Notes: generated by a model not told the origin, from the sequence alone. A DNA stretch of 63,126 nt, filler included, from Octopus bimaculoides (GCF_001194135.2; 5 parts of 5 records of this genome joined end to end with filler, not necessarily neighbours in it), one strand, 5' to 3'; shown: positions 12,078-25,178, counted from the whole stretch's first letter. Numbers and translations: made by a program.

Positions 12078-13276
12078 ACTTTCTCTCTCTCTACATTAAC
12101 AAACCAAACAATAAGAATAACCATGTTGGTTCACTTCAACAAATGTATTTCATCTCTTTAATCACATGAAACTGAAGAGCTAATTGAATAGAAACTCTGC
12201 AGAAAGAGAAAGCAGAATTGGCCGTATCCAAGCTCACACTGAAGGCTGGGATTGGAACAAATCTATAATGTTAACGTATAATTTATTTTGGCGGTGCATA
12301 CACCAATCTCTGTGCATGTAACACATCGATTGAATGCATAACGCTATGTATATTTACATGTAGATATATGTATATATGTATATGCATACATGCATACATA
12401 CATACATACAAACATATATATATACATACATATATGTACATATATATATATATATATATATACATACATATATATATATGGATGTACATATAGACATATA
12501 CACACGTAAATTTATATATGTATGTATGTATATATGTAATAATAAATAATAATAATAATAATGTCTGTTAGGGTATGTGATTGTATGTTTGTCTTCGTGC
12601 ATATGTAAATATGCTTCCGTGTATCTATATCCCAGTAAATATGTACATATAATCATATACATATTTACATATATATCCATATATATGTGTATATATATAT
12701 ATATATATATANNNNNNNNNNNNNNNNNNNNNNNNNNNNNNNNNNNNNNNNNNNNNNNNNNNNNNNNNNNNNNNNNNNNNNNNNNNNNNNNNNNNNNNNN
12801 NNNNNNNNNNNNNNNNNNNNNNNNNNNNNNNNNNNNNNNNNNNNNNNNNNNNNNNNNNNNNNNNNNNNNNNNNNNNNNNNNNNNNNNNNNNNNNNNNNNN
12901 NNNNNNNNNNNNNNNNNNNNNNNNNNNNNNNNNNNNNNNNNNNNNNNNNNNNNNNNNNNNNNNNNNNNNNNNNNNNNNNNNNNNNNNNNNNNNNNNNNNN
13001 NNNNNNNNNNNNNNNNNNNNNNNNNNNNNNNNNNNNNNNNNNNNNNNNNNNNNNNNNNNNNNNNNNNNNNNNNNNNNNNNNNNNNNNNNNNNNNNNNNNN
13101 NNNNNNNNNNNNNNNNNNNNNNNNNNNNNNNNNNNNNNNNNNNNNNNNNNNNNNNNNNNNNNNNNNNNNNNNNNNNNNNNNNNNNNNNNNNNNNNNNNGT
13201 ATATATACACACACACATACCTATATACATACATATACGTATACATACATATATATATATATGTATATACAGACGC

Positions 13277-13307
<31 letters not shown>

Positions 13308-13308
13308 C

Positions 13309-13361
<53 letters not shown>

Positions 13362-13522
13362 GAGAGAGAGAAAGAGTGGGGGAGAGAGATGTCCTGTCGA
13401 CACACATATCTTTGAACAGTGGATGTTCAGTAAATGTTCACGGATATATGCACACATATATTTACGCACACACACACACATGCACACACATACGTATATA
13501 TATATATATATATTTATATAGG

Positions 13523-13558
<36 letters not shown>

Positions 13559-13660
13559 TATCTATCTATATCTGTATAAATCCCACTCACATGTCTGCTT
13601 AGAAGCTGCAAGTGTGTTTATGAATTATTAATAAGCTTCGGTGTGTGTATGTGTGTGTAT

Positions 13661-13705
<45 letters not shown>

Positions 13706-14346
13706 TGACAAGTATATTGCGAGGTAAAATGGCGGTAGATTTCAAAGCAACGGCGCTGTGCTACCAATTCTTCACCGTCTACAGAAATCTCCAATGACTG
13801 AGACCAATATATAAGATGATTAACTCATAATTGGGCAGACAGAATTCTCTAGTGGAACCTGATTTTGATTCCTGTATTTTTCTGAATTCTATTTCTCATA
13901 TGTGTGCGTCCATGTCTGTATGTGTGAGTGCGTGTGAGTGTGTGCGCGGGCGCATGGTTCCGTGCATCTGAGAGAGATAGGGAAAGAGAGAGAGGGAGGG
14001 AGAAAGAGAGAGGGAGAGGAAAAGACAGTGTATGAGTGTGCGCATGTATAAACCTATACCAGCACACATTCACACACACGGACAGACAGAGACACATTTT
14101 AAAGAAACATGTATCTATATATACTTGCCTATAAATAATATATATTTGCATATACATAATAGATGTACACGCACATACAGGCATATATCTATATATATGT
14201 ATATATGTACATATGTACAAATACATACATATGCATGTGTAGTTATTTTTTTTTATCGCCTATTATATTTATATCAATGTTTATACTCTATCATATCCTC
14301 AAGCTTAGCATTGTCGTTGCTCTTGTTACATGTTCTTGCCAAAAAC

Positions 14347-14412
<66 letters not shown>

Positions 14413-14519
14413 TTCATTGTAATTTTTTTCCCGTGTTACTATTGCTTTTATATTTGTATTGTTTTATGAACCGGTCGTTGTTACCGATTGATTTAGTATC
14501 TCGGTATTAATCACATGAT

Positions 14520-14563
<44 letters not shown>

Positions 14564-15388
14564 GGATTTATATATATGTATGTATGTATTTATCTATATG
14601 TTAATATATATGTGTGTATATGTATATCTATATATGTACATACGCACGTAGACATGTACACGTATATACGTATATATATATGTATACATGTATGCGAATA
14701 TTTATTTATACAAACAATATATATATATATATATGGATTTATATATATGTATGTACATATATATAGATATGTGTATATATATATACATCAGTTGATTGTA
14801 TGTATACACATGTGTGTCGTGTGTGTTTGTGTATGTGTATATAAACGTGTTTTTACACATACATACCTCTATACATGCATATCTTCGTATGTGAAATGAT
14901 AAGCACATTGCACTCGTCTGCTTTTAGTGAAAATAGGTACGTCTGGCGGCCATGTTTAATTTAATTCTGCCATTGTCTTTTATCTTCTTGTTAGCATATC
15001 TTTTCTCTGCACAGGCTCACTTTTCTGGTTTAATGGGCCGTTATGATAGAACATTTTTTTTCGTTATTTATCCATATATCTATTATATATTTAACCGGTC
15101 CGTTTACAATCCTTTTCCTCTCCCACATTCAAATATACGTTCACACATCACACGTGTATGTCCAAACATTATGAATATAATGCATATATACATACAAAAT
15201 ACGTAAATCTATTGGCATAATTTTTGGATAAATTATATATATATACGCATCTATCCATATATACATACATATACACACACGCACACACACACGGGCACAC
15301 ACACACGCACACACACACACACATACATATACACAAAAATTCATGCACGTATGTGTGATTGTATCACAAATATATATATACATACAAT

Positions 15389-15436
<48 letters not shown>

Positions 15437-16059
15437 TGAAATGTCTGTATGTATGAATACTATATGTGTAAACACACACATAGTGACTTCGAAATTTTGC
15501 TGGTGTTAGGCTTGGTATTATTGATGAGTCTGACGAAAGCGAAACACACACTCACACACATGTACAGGTGCGCGCACTCACACAATCACATAAACACACA
15601 CATCCACTCACACCCAACACACAGATAAACTCACATCCTTCCAATCACCACACATCCTCTGAAGCTTTTAAATTCCTTCTCAAGTAGTGGTGATATTGGA
15701 AATAATGTCACAGTGAAGGAGGCAAGATGGCAGAATCGTTAGAGCATCGGAAAAGAATGATTTGTGGTCTTTGCACTGTTTATTTTGAGGTCAAATTCCA
15801 CCATCATAAATTTTGCCTCTTTTCCCTGGAAGTATCGAAACATACATACATACACACATACATGCATACATACATACATACAGGCATGCATACATACATA
15901 CATACATGCATGCATACATACATGCATGCATACATACATACATACATATAGCAAATGAAAGACGGAAGATGGAATATACGTGAGTTTATTATTAAAGTGA
16001 CCCTGCTTTACCAGTAAGCTACCAGGTTTTATTATCCATTTGTATATATACATACATAC

Positions 16060-16091
<32 letters not shown>

Positions 16092-16318
16092 NNNNNNNNN
16101 NNNNNNNNNNNNNNNNNNNNNNNNNNNNNNNNNNNNNNNNNNNNNNNNNNNNNNNNNNNNNNNNNNNNNNNNNNNNNNNNNNNNNNNNNNNNNNNNNNNN
16201 NNNNNNNNNNNNNNNNNNNNNNNNNNNNNNNNNNNNNNNNNNNNNNNNNNNNNNNNNNNNNNNNNNNNNNNNNNNNNNNNNNNNNNNNNNNNNNNNNNNN
16301 NNNNNNNNNNNNNATGTT

Positions 16319-16350
<32 letters not shown>

Positions 16351-16366
16351 TGTATCTATCTATCTA

Positions 16367-16398
<32 letters not shown>

Positions 16399-16419
16399 CC
16401 TACCTACCTACCTACGTAC

Positions 16420-16481
<62 letters not shown>

Positions 16482-16694
16482 GTCTGTCTGTCTGTCTGTC
16501 TATGACATAAGAATAGGAGTTACGCAATCACATTCGTTGCCTTACAACTGTTTCCGTTAAAAGCAATTCCGTACCCATAAGTGAGTGTCAGTACTCTATG
16601 TGGGAAGTTTGTGTTATGTGCTCTGTCTATCTCTCCCTCATTTTGTGTTTTCCTTTTCTCTCTATTTTTCTTTCTCTCCCATACAGACGCTCAA

Positions 16695-16728
<34 letters not shown>

Positions 16729-18159
16729 GGGCAGAGAGCGTCAGAAACAGAGAGAAAGGCTCGTCTTATTTGAATGAAGAATTTCATGGGGACAGTTTAT
16801 ATTTTGTAAAAATTATATTCTTATGTAATATATACTTCCCACCTCCGATCAATGAAATATCTGCTCAATAACACGTATGGTGAACAGCATCTACTTGTCC
16901 CCACATCATCTAATTTTGTTGTTTTTTCTTCCTTTTACAAAAGATGCCAAAATTTATTCCCTGATAGTACCTATCTTTGCAGGAAAAAGTACTGAAATAC
17001 ACAAGACCTATCAAAATTTAAATATAATTATAACCCCCTACACATTAAATATCTTAAACAGAAAAACAAGACTGATTAAATTTACCTTAAATCTTATTAA
17101 GAAACTTCTTTATCATCTACCTCATTACTAGATCAGTTCTTTTTTCATTCTCTCGCAAAGCTATTGTGGATTCTACGTAGTGCAGTTAATGTCTTGGAAG
17201 AAAGATTTAGATCTTATTAAAGCACTTTATGCGAATGTTTTCAAAGAGGAACCGTTTTTAATTTTAATGTTGCTGAGGAAGGAGAAAGGCTTTTTTTTTC
17301 AGCAGCTGCTGGAAAATGAAACTGTGAAAGAAGATTAATCATAAATATTGACAATAAAGAGAAGCGATATTCATCGCCATATTTTTCTTAATATATGTTT
17401 AACGAAAAATTTCGCAGGTATTTTTTTCTGCATTGGAAGTGATCTTGGAGTAACTAGTCCCTTCATACTTTATAAATTCTTTTAATGATGTTTTTCAAAG
17501 AACAGTTTGGAAAATTTCCTGATAAATGGATGATTGATTCTGGCCTTCCTTCAATAATATTGGAAGAGTTCAACACCTTTAGGAATTCTAAGCTCTGCAA
17601 ACAGTTCCAGGAATAAAAATATCTGCTTTGTAAAACAAATATAGAAATCTTAAATATTTACATGAAATTGACGCAGTACTTCATGAAAAATTACAGTTGA
17701 ATTATTCAGAAAAATGGTTTTTACAGTAACAACGCAATAAATGTCATCTACCCTAAGTTATAGTGAAAATTTATTAACATTAATTCGATTTATAAAATTA
17801 AGTTTCTGAAGATACCCTTTTTTGATGAAATTACCGTAAATTTCTTTAACATCAAAACTTATCAATTCTAAATGTTTGCACTTGAATCTTCAAATTAAAT
17901 AAAATGTTAGTTAAAAAGGCAAGATATATTGTTATAGGATTTTGTAATGTTTCTAAAATGGTTGAAACCCCATGAAGACCATATTCTAAATGTAGCAGAT
18001 ATAAAGAACAACAAATGTCCTTCAGGCCATTATTTAAAATTCTATACGGCATTCGTTCAAAGAAGAAAGCCATATAGCGAACGATATTTCCAGAAATGGC
18101 ATTTTTGAAGTTTCTTATATTTATTTATATGGTGCAGAAACATAGATATAAACGAAAAC

Positions 18160-18512
18160 CTTATCTGACAAACTAGAGGAGTGTTAAGAATATCTTGGAC
18201 GAAACATGAAACTAATGAAGAAGTGCTACAACTAGCAGATAGAAAAATAAAACTTAAGTACTTTGTTAACATAGTAAAAGGACCAGAAATACAAAGACTA
18301 TTACTAGGTGAAAGATAAATGGTAAGTATTTGAGGGGGAATACCTAGAATAAACGGGTTTGATAACGATTAGACTAAAGAACTATGGTGAATGCGTAAGA
18401 ATGGCAGAGAAAAAGGCCTGAATAGAGATCCTTGATATTCAATTTGCTGAGAGTAGATAACCATTAATGATGATGATGATGATGATGATGATGACGAGGA
18501 TGATGATGATGA
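18160..18512 (+). pseudogene. RTE-clade LINE 3' end with (GAT)n tail
   Basis: Translates RGVLRISWTKHETNEEVL..KLKYF..QRLLL..; followed by a (GAT)n tail. Confidence 0.75.
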
Positions 18513-18837
18513 TTTAGACGTTTAGGAACATTGCTTAAAATTTGAAAAAACAAAAAGACAAAAAACTAAGGCTAATTCTTCAAAATATGATGTCAGTTGA
18601 GAGCAGACCTTAGAAGGTCACAGCTATAATGAAGGGCAAACAAGGATGTATAAAGGTTTTCAGAATTTTGACTCAAAGATACGCAAGTAAACTGAAACCA
18701 CGACATCAAGGTTTACACAGACACGACCACTTTCGTTCCTTCTCTTTCTATGGAGATATATCTCTCTTATTGACTTTCTCTCATGCTTTCTCTTCTGTAT
18801 GTCCATATCCTTTTTATCGCTATCGTCTACATATCAG

Positions 18838-18902
<65 letters not shown>

Positions 18903-19187
18903 ATGTCTCATTTTATCTCTATATATTCCACTTTCTCCTTGATTGTTTTCTCTTCTTTTCTGAGGTATTATCTCTCCCCCACTCAGCCGCTTCGTTGTCC
19001 TTATGAATTGATTAAAGTAAAGCGAGTCAGCGAAGAGTTAATGGGCGAATTTTTCGATAGAAATACGGAAATTTGAAAATAATTTAGTTTTAAAAGATAT
19101 TATTGTTTACAGATTAAAATAAAAGCACACTAACTTCCCTATGATACAATATTATATCCCGGCCAACGCAGGTAACATTTTAGCCGC

Positions 19188-19835
19188 AAGAGTGGCTGTG
19201 TGGTAAGAAGTTTGCTTCCCAACCACATGGTTCCAGGTTCAGTCCCACTGCATGGCACCATGGGCAAGTGTCTTCTACCATAGCCTCGGGCCGACCGAAG
19301 CCTTGTAAGTGGATTTGATAGACGGAAATTGAAAGAAGTGCGTTGTATATATACGAAGGAGTACTCAAAAGTTCCTAGCTTTAAGGGTATCGCGAAAGGC
19401 CTGGCTGAAGGCCCAATCTTCCGAGTTCTTTTACAGGGATTAGAAAAACTGAAGGACCGCTACTGTACGTGTGTGAATCTGAGAGGGGAATATGTTGAAC
19501 AAAATCATAATTCTCCAGTATTTTATTTTAGCCAAAGCCAGGAACTGTTTCACACACCATTGTGTACACATACACACGCACACACACACACACACGTGTG
19601 TGTGAGTGTGTGTGTGTGTGTGTGTGCGTGTAAGTGTATGTATTTGTCCCGCACCCACGGCTTGAGAATTGGTGTTGGTATGTTTACGTTGTCGTATCTT
19701 AGTGGCCTGATAGAATAAGTACCCGGCTTCATAACAGAAAATAAGTACTGGGGTCCATTCGTTCGACTGAAAATTCCTCAAAGCGATGCTCCAGCGTGGC
19801 CGCAGTTTGATAACCGAAACAGATAAAAAGATACA
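19188..19835 (+). mobile_element. SINE family A interrupted by a mariner MITE
   Basis: Head 19188-19350; central (TG)n and tail 19567-19835. Confidence 0.8.
19352..19566 (+). mobile_element. mariner-derived MITE
   Basis: TIR-like ends TACGAAGGAGTACTCAAAAGTTCCTAGCTTT and AAAGCCAGGAACTGTTTCACACACCATTGTGTA. Internal LEKLKDRYCTCVNLRGEYVE resembles the mariner C-terminus. Confidence 0.75.
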
Positions 19836-20164
19836 GAAATAAACTCGTCTGAAGCTACAGTCTACTGAACCTATCTGTGTTCTTATTATATGTAAACACC
19901 ATCTTGGGAACCTTCCCTATGTTGGATCTGGAACTTATGTTGGATCGTGAAACTGCATACTGGTGTGCAAGAATATATAATTTCATGTACGTGCATATCT
20001 ATACGCATGTGTAAAATTGTGTGTGCATATACATGTAAGTGTAAGTGTATGAATACGTCCGTATATACGGGTATGTTTGGATATGGTATACACACGGATG
20101 TGTGCATCTTGATCATCACTCGGTGTCCTTAATATTGAAATACTTTGATTCTACTGAATCGTAC

Positions 20165-20195
<31 letters not shown>

Positions 20196-20580
20196 NNNNN
20201 NNNNNNNNNNNNNNNNNNNNNNNNNNNNNNNNNNNNNNNNNNNNNNNNNNNNNNNNNNNNNNNNNNNNNNNNNNNNNNNNNNNNNNNNNNNNNNNNNNNN
20301 NNNNNNNNNNNNNNNNNNNNNNNNNNNNNNNNNNNNNNNNNNNNNNNNNNNNNNNNNNNNNNNNNNNNNNNNNNNNNNNNNNNNNNNNNNNNNNNNNNNN
20401 NNNNNNNNNNNNNNNNNNNNNNNNNNNNNNNNNNNNNNNNNNNNNNNNNNNNNNNNNNNNNNNNNNNNNNNNNNNNNNNNNNNNNNNNNNNNNNNNNNNN
20501 NNNNNNNNNNNNNNNNNNNNNNNNNNNNNNNNNNNNNNNNNNNNNNNNNNNNNNNNNNNNNNNNNNNNNNNNNNNNNNNN

Positions 20581-20617
<37 letters not shown>

Positions 20618-20736
20618 CTGTATGTACAAGCAATAAATTAGAGATTCAGTTGACAATCTAATAATTTATTTATGTTATAACATAATATACTATGAATATA
20701 ATATAATATAAGATAGCATAAAAAATTATTAAAGAA

Positions 20737-20828
20737 CCAAAATAGCCAACAATTTATTTCGACTTATATACATTATTTGATTTATAAACAATACATCTCC
20801 ACTTATGTAAGTCTCTTCAGAGCTTTGG
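20737..20828 (-). ncRNA. Type I hammerhead ribozyme candidate (GUU site)
   Basis: agct-CTGAAGA-GACTTA[41 nt]TAAGTC-GAAA-TAAATTG-TT-ggct. Helix I 4 bp, helix II 6 bp perfect, helix III near-palindromic. Confidence 0.65.
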
Positions 20829-22349
20829 TTCATAGATAGAGAGTTAGGCTATAAAAATGGATATCAAAATATTTCTAGTTTTTCAAAAGTAACCAAATTT
20901 GAAGCTACTTAAATAAGGACTCTTCACAGTAACTAACAAGTAAATGTTCCTATAGAAGTATACAACCAACATATACAAACCTACATATCCATTATTATGG
21001 CCAAACTTTATATCTATGGGGTAATATAGGTTGTAGTTATTGTAGCTCTAAGTTTTTCTTCATATTTATTACGGAATTCTCCCTCCGATAAACTAAATAA
21101 ATAAAGAACTGTTGTTGTTAGTTACTTTAAACAATTTTTTAAATATCAATAACTTTAAATAAAAGAGAGAGTTGTTATATATTACCAATGTAGTGGGAAT
21201 ATATATTCAGTACGAGGTGTTGATATGGCTGCGTGTATATTATTACAGTAGTTCATATAGAGATGAAGAATACATTCAAGAACTATATATTTACTACATA
21301 AAAATATATTTTATTTACTGGTCGATGATGATAGATAATCAAAATGTAGAGTCTAGCCGAATGAAGTAATCTATGCCAGAAAGTTAAGAGATAGAAAATG
21401 TAGAAATAACAGCTAAGTGGCGGTTTTCAGTCATGTGACGTAGAGAAATAGACGGACATAGCAATAACGTGAATGGCTCTAAGTTTAATCGACTAAGAAG
21501 CGAAGAGCAGGGTTAGCAAGCTGTTTTTATCAATGGAACGCTAGACATTCTAGAAACTTCCACAAGAAACGCTAAGCTTCTTGAATAGTTAAGAACCACG
21601 TCTCATGACACAGATGCTTCGAGAAACTTAGGCAGGAAGGTTACTCTATAATCTTTCTTGCAAGGGAGATCATTCAACTATCTAGCTACCGCTACACCAA
21701 TATAATGGTATATTATCATTTATATTTATTTACACGTTTTATTACCGTCTCTAGATTAAATAAGACCCTGATAATTTATATATCTATATATTGTTGTTGT
21801 ATGTTATTATAATAGCCAAAGATTGTCTTCGACCGAAACGAATTTGGATTAATATTATTTTAGATATATAGAAATATATTTCGCTAGTTGTAGGCTCTGT
21901 TTACTTAATTATTTTGTCCGTTATAATTTTGCTGTTGTTGTTTTTTTAATTTTAATTGTTATGTAGTTGAAAAAGTAACACCCACATTCATAATACATAG
22001 GCATTTGAATTAATTTTTTTTACAATCCAGCCGTCATTCCACGCGGAATTTCGTCTGTCTTTTGAACCAAAGGTGATAAGGTGCAAAGTGTAATCATGCC
22101 ACAGTCTGGAGTTAAGATTTCAGGTCCCAGAGGAAGATAGTTACAAGAGCTTTTAATTTATGCCTGTTGTTTCTCCTTTTTCGTGAATAAATTGAATTTT
22201 CTTACTCTGGTGTATTGTTATAGGGTATTCAGTTGTGGTTCATATTTCTTAATAAAAAATATTTTACTTATTTAATCAGAAATGCGGCTGAAATGTTTCC
22301 CGTGCATTGATATGGAGACAAAATTAAGTATTTTGGATATTTGTTCGCA

Positions 22350-22424
<75 letters not shown>

Positions 22425-22689
22425 ATTAGGGAATGTAAAATTCCAAACATACAGGAATATTCAACTTAGTAATACCAAATTGAATTTTATAATAAATAAT
22501 ATATGTATATATGTATATAAATATAATTTAGAGAAGAACCATCAAAATACAATTCAAACAATGAAGAAGACCAATCACCACCAAGAAAAGCGTACTCTAC
22601 AAAAGTATAAAACCCATAAAAATCTATGAAATACTAGACTAAAAATTTAATTCAACTTAGTAAATAGATAAAATAGAAGGTAAAGTGTT

Positions 22690-22793
22690 GACTACGCGCG
22701 TTTCGTGGCCACATTATAGCAGAAAAACCAGTACAATTCACAATAAATTGATCAAGATTATATTCTACTCAAAATACAGTCACTCATCAGGTC
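22690..22793 (-). ncRNA. Type I hammerhead ribozyme candidate (GUA site)
   Basis: gac-CTGATGA-GTG[73 nt]CAC-GAAA-CGCGCG-TA-gtc. Core fully canonical; helix III is the palindrome ACGCGCGT. Confidence 0.7.
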
Positions 22794-23087
22794 TCTGGAA
22801 AGAATAAGAATTCAAATAACGTATCTTACTAAATAAATAATAAAAATATCAGTACTTGTAGGAAAGCTCTCATTAGTACAATAAATGAAATGTAAACGCT
22901 TAATACTAATCATTCAAGTTAAAGGTATGATTCATCTAAAATAATATCTGAAGACTAATAGTTAACATCGTTATGATCTTTTAGATTTTATCGATTTTAA
23001 AATTAGTATTTTGTAGAGAATGCTTTTTTGATGGTGATTGGTCTCCTTCATTGTTTGAATTGTATATCGATGGTTCTTCTCTAAGTT

Positions 23088-23318
23088 AAGATAGAACCGG
23101 TTAATTGGGATTCATTGAAGGACATTCCGATACCTTTCAGAAAGGAATTCACCTTAAAACTAATTAATAATATTAGAGATTTTTTAAATAGGATAAAATG
23201 GAAAGCATATTACAATAATAGTGACATATATGATATTAGTGATATAGACACAACAATAAATTCATCTACACTAAATTCAAATCTAGAAATGAATCATACC
23301 TTTAACTTGAATGATTAG
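23088..23318 (+). pseudogene. N-terminal fragment of a Penelope-like ORF
   Basis: KIEPVNWDSLKDIPIPFRKEFTLKLINNIRDFLNRIKWKAYY resembles, from memory, the YSLKNIPIP..KLI...FLKR.RWKAFFY start of marine-invertebrate PLEs. Confidence 0.6.
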
Positions 23319-23394
23319 TATTAAGCGTTTACATTTCATTTATTGTACTAACGGGAGCTTTCCAACAAGTACTGATATCTCTAAATTATATATA

Positions 23395-23560
23395 TACGAC
23401 GGGCTTCTTTCAGTTTCCGTCTATCAGATCCACTCACAAGGCTTTGGTCGGTCAGAGGCTATAGTACAAGACAGTTGCCCAAGGTGCCACACAGTGAGAA
23501 TGAACCCGGAACCATGTGGTTAGTAGCAAGCTACTTACCGCACAGCCACTCCTGCCCATA
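23395..23560 (-). mobile_element. SINE family A, 5' half
   Basis: Reverse complement of head and CORE-like region. Confidence 0.85.
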
Positions 23561-23684
23561 TGCATATATATATATATATATATATATATANNNNNNNNNN
23601 NNNNNNNNNNNNNNNNNNNNNNNNNNNNNNNNNNNNNNNNNNNNNNNNNNNNNNNNNNNNNNNNNNNNNNNNNNNNNNNNNNNN

Positions 23685-23740
<56 letters not shown>

Positions 23741-23743
<3 letters not shown>

Positions 23744-23780
23744 TTCTGGGATATTTTGGATATTCCTTCATCAGAGACGA
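23741..23780 (-). ncRNA. Truncated hammerhead-like motif
   Basis: gtct-CTGATGA-a-GGAATAT-ccaaa-ATATCCC-a-GAAACA, then replaced by (TACA)n. No cleavage triplet. Confidence 0.4.
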
Positions 23781-24133
23781 TGTGAGGGAGATAAATGTTT
23801 CATTCCTGTCATAATATAGGACCTTGAAGACTGCTAAAATGCAAGGAAGTATACTAGTCCTTTAATATTTAATATTCAATATTTCATTTATTTAATAAGA
23901 CAATCAATACTTCATTTCATTTTACTATATATACTATATATACTATATATTCTACATCCTACATTAATATTATAAGAATATATTAATGTAGGATGTAGAA
24001 TATATAGTATATGTAGTAGGTATAGTAAAATATATGGGTAAGGACGTCACCAACAGTAAACAACATGAAATACGAAAACAAATAATTTAGATGAGGTCCA
24101 TGTCACAGATCGCGAGCAACACAACAGAGTCTG

Positions 24134-24614
24134 GCTGATGAAGATGTTACTGTATTGAAAGACTGGCCAGCTCAGAGCCTTGACTTAAATATCATCGAGC
24201 AAATGTGGAAAGAACTAAAGAGAAGAGTTCGTCAGAAGATTATACGCAATCTTGAAGAGTTGTGGGAGCTCAGCCACAGAGAATGTCATCTCATACCTGT
24301 GAAGATGGTGAAGGATTTGTACGTATTTCTTCCCAGGTGCATTGAAGCAATTATTCAATCTAAGGGAAGCCACACGAAATATTAACAATGTACAGTAACT
24401 TCTTGAATTTATGTGAGGTGGCCGAAAACTTTTGCACGGCCATTTTTGGCAGTCGTCTCGCATCTTCCCCTCTAATTCAGATCCCTGGAAATGGGTCCAA
24501 CAGGGCCAATGTTTCATCTGTAAAAAAACGCAATGCGAAACATCCACTTATAAGTTGGCAATTAATAGAAATTTACAACAGTTTAAAGTGGCTAAAGATT
24601 TTTGTACGGTACAA
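24134..24614 (+). mobile_element. Tc1-like transposon 3' end with right IR/DR-type TIR
   Basis: DWPAQSLDLNIIEQMWKELKRRV..LPRCIEAIIQSKGSHTKY* is the Tc1 WPxxSPDLNPIE motif. Repeated motif GTGGCCGAAAACTTTTGCACGG at 24418 and a variant at ~24588 before TA. Confidence 0.85.
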
Positions 24615-24909
24615 TATCTATCTATCTATCTATCTATCTATTGATCGATAGATATATATATACATATATATACGTCTGTCTGTCTGTCTGTCTATCTATA
24701 TGTATATATGAATGTATGTATTTATGTATATATACATGTATCTATGTATATATGTATATATATATGTGTATATTTGTATATATGTATATATATGTATATA
24801 TGTATATATATATAAGCAATGTTAAATCTCTGAACGAGGTGTTAACAGTACCTGCACGATAAAGTGAAGTATATTTGCCATTTAAATGTGGCTGACCCCT
24901 AAGGGTGGA

Positions 24910-25078
24910 TGTTACTGTTGCTTTTAGCCCCAGGAGAACATCTCCTCCAGCTGGCTTATCGACACATATCTGTGTCCTGTCTATTTAAAAAAAAAAAAAA
25001 AAAAGTAGACAGGACACAGATATGTGACGATAAGCCAGCTGGAGGAGATGTTCTCCTGGGGCTAAAAGCAACAGTAAC
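24910..25078. repeat. 73-bp near-perfect fold-back ending at a gap
   Basis: Arms 24910-24982 and 25006-25078 differ at one base; poly-A-rich spacer. Confidence 0.9.
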
Positions 25079-25178
25079 NNNNNNNNNNNNNNNNNNNNNN
25101 NNNNNNNNNNNNNNNNNNNNNNTTAATTAATTAANNNNNNNNNNNNNNNNNNNNNNNNNNNNNNNNNNNNNNNNNNNN
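25079..25178. other. Synthetic scaffold join: 44 N + TTAATTAATTAA + 44 N
   Basis: Identical 100-bp construct also centred at 35910, 44472 and 59395. The 12-mer has stops in all six frames. Confidence 0.95.

Larger units (their letters stand above)
22420..23380. mobile_element. Penelope-like element fragment with inverted pLTR-like arms
   Basis: Inverted pairs 22528-22600/23011-23085 and 22845-22945/23283-23378, a hammerhead, and a PLE-like ORF start. Confidence 0.7.

Noticed and set aside
15526-15553. gagt-CTGACGA-aagc-GAAAC-acac-actc
   Set aside because: Helix I looks plausible but there is no UH triplet or helix III; it runs into (CA)n.
16940-17400. hAT transposase C-terminal remnant (STYLC-like)
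   Set aside because: Only a few residues match and there is no continuous frame or TIR.
24135-24170. CTGATGA...GAAA inside the Tc1 ORF
   Set aside because: Explained by transposase codons; no helix III or UH site.
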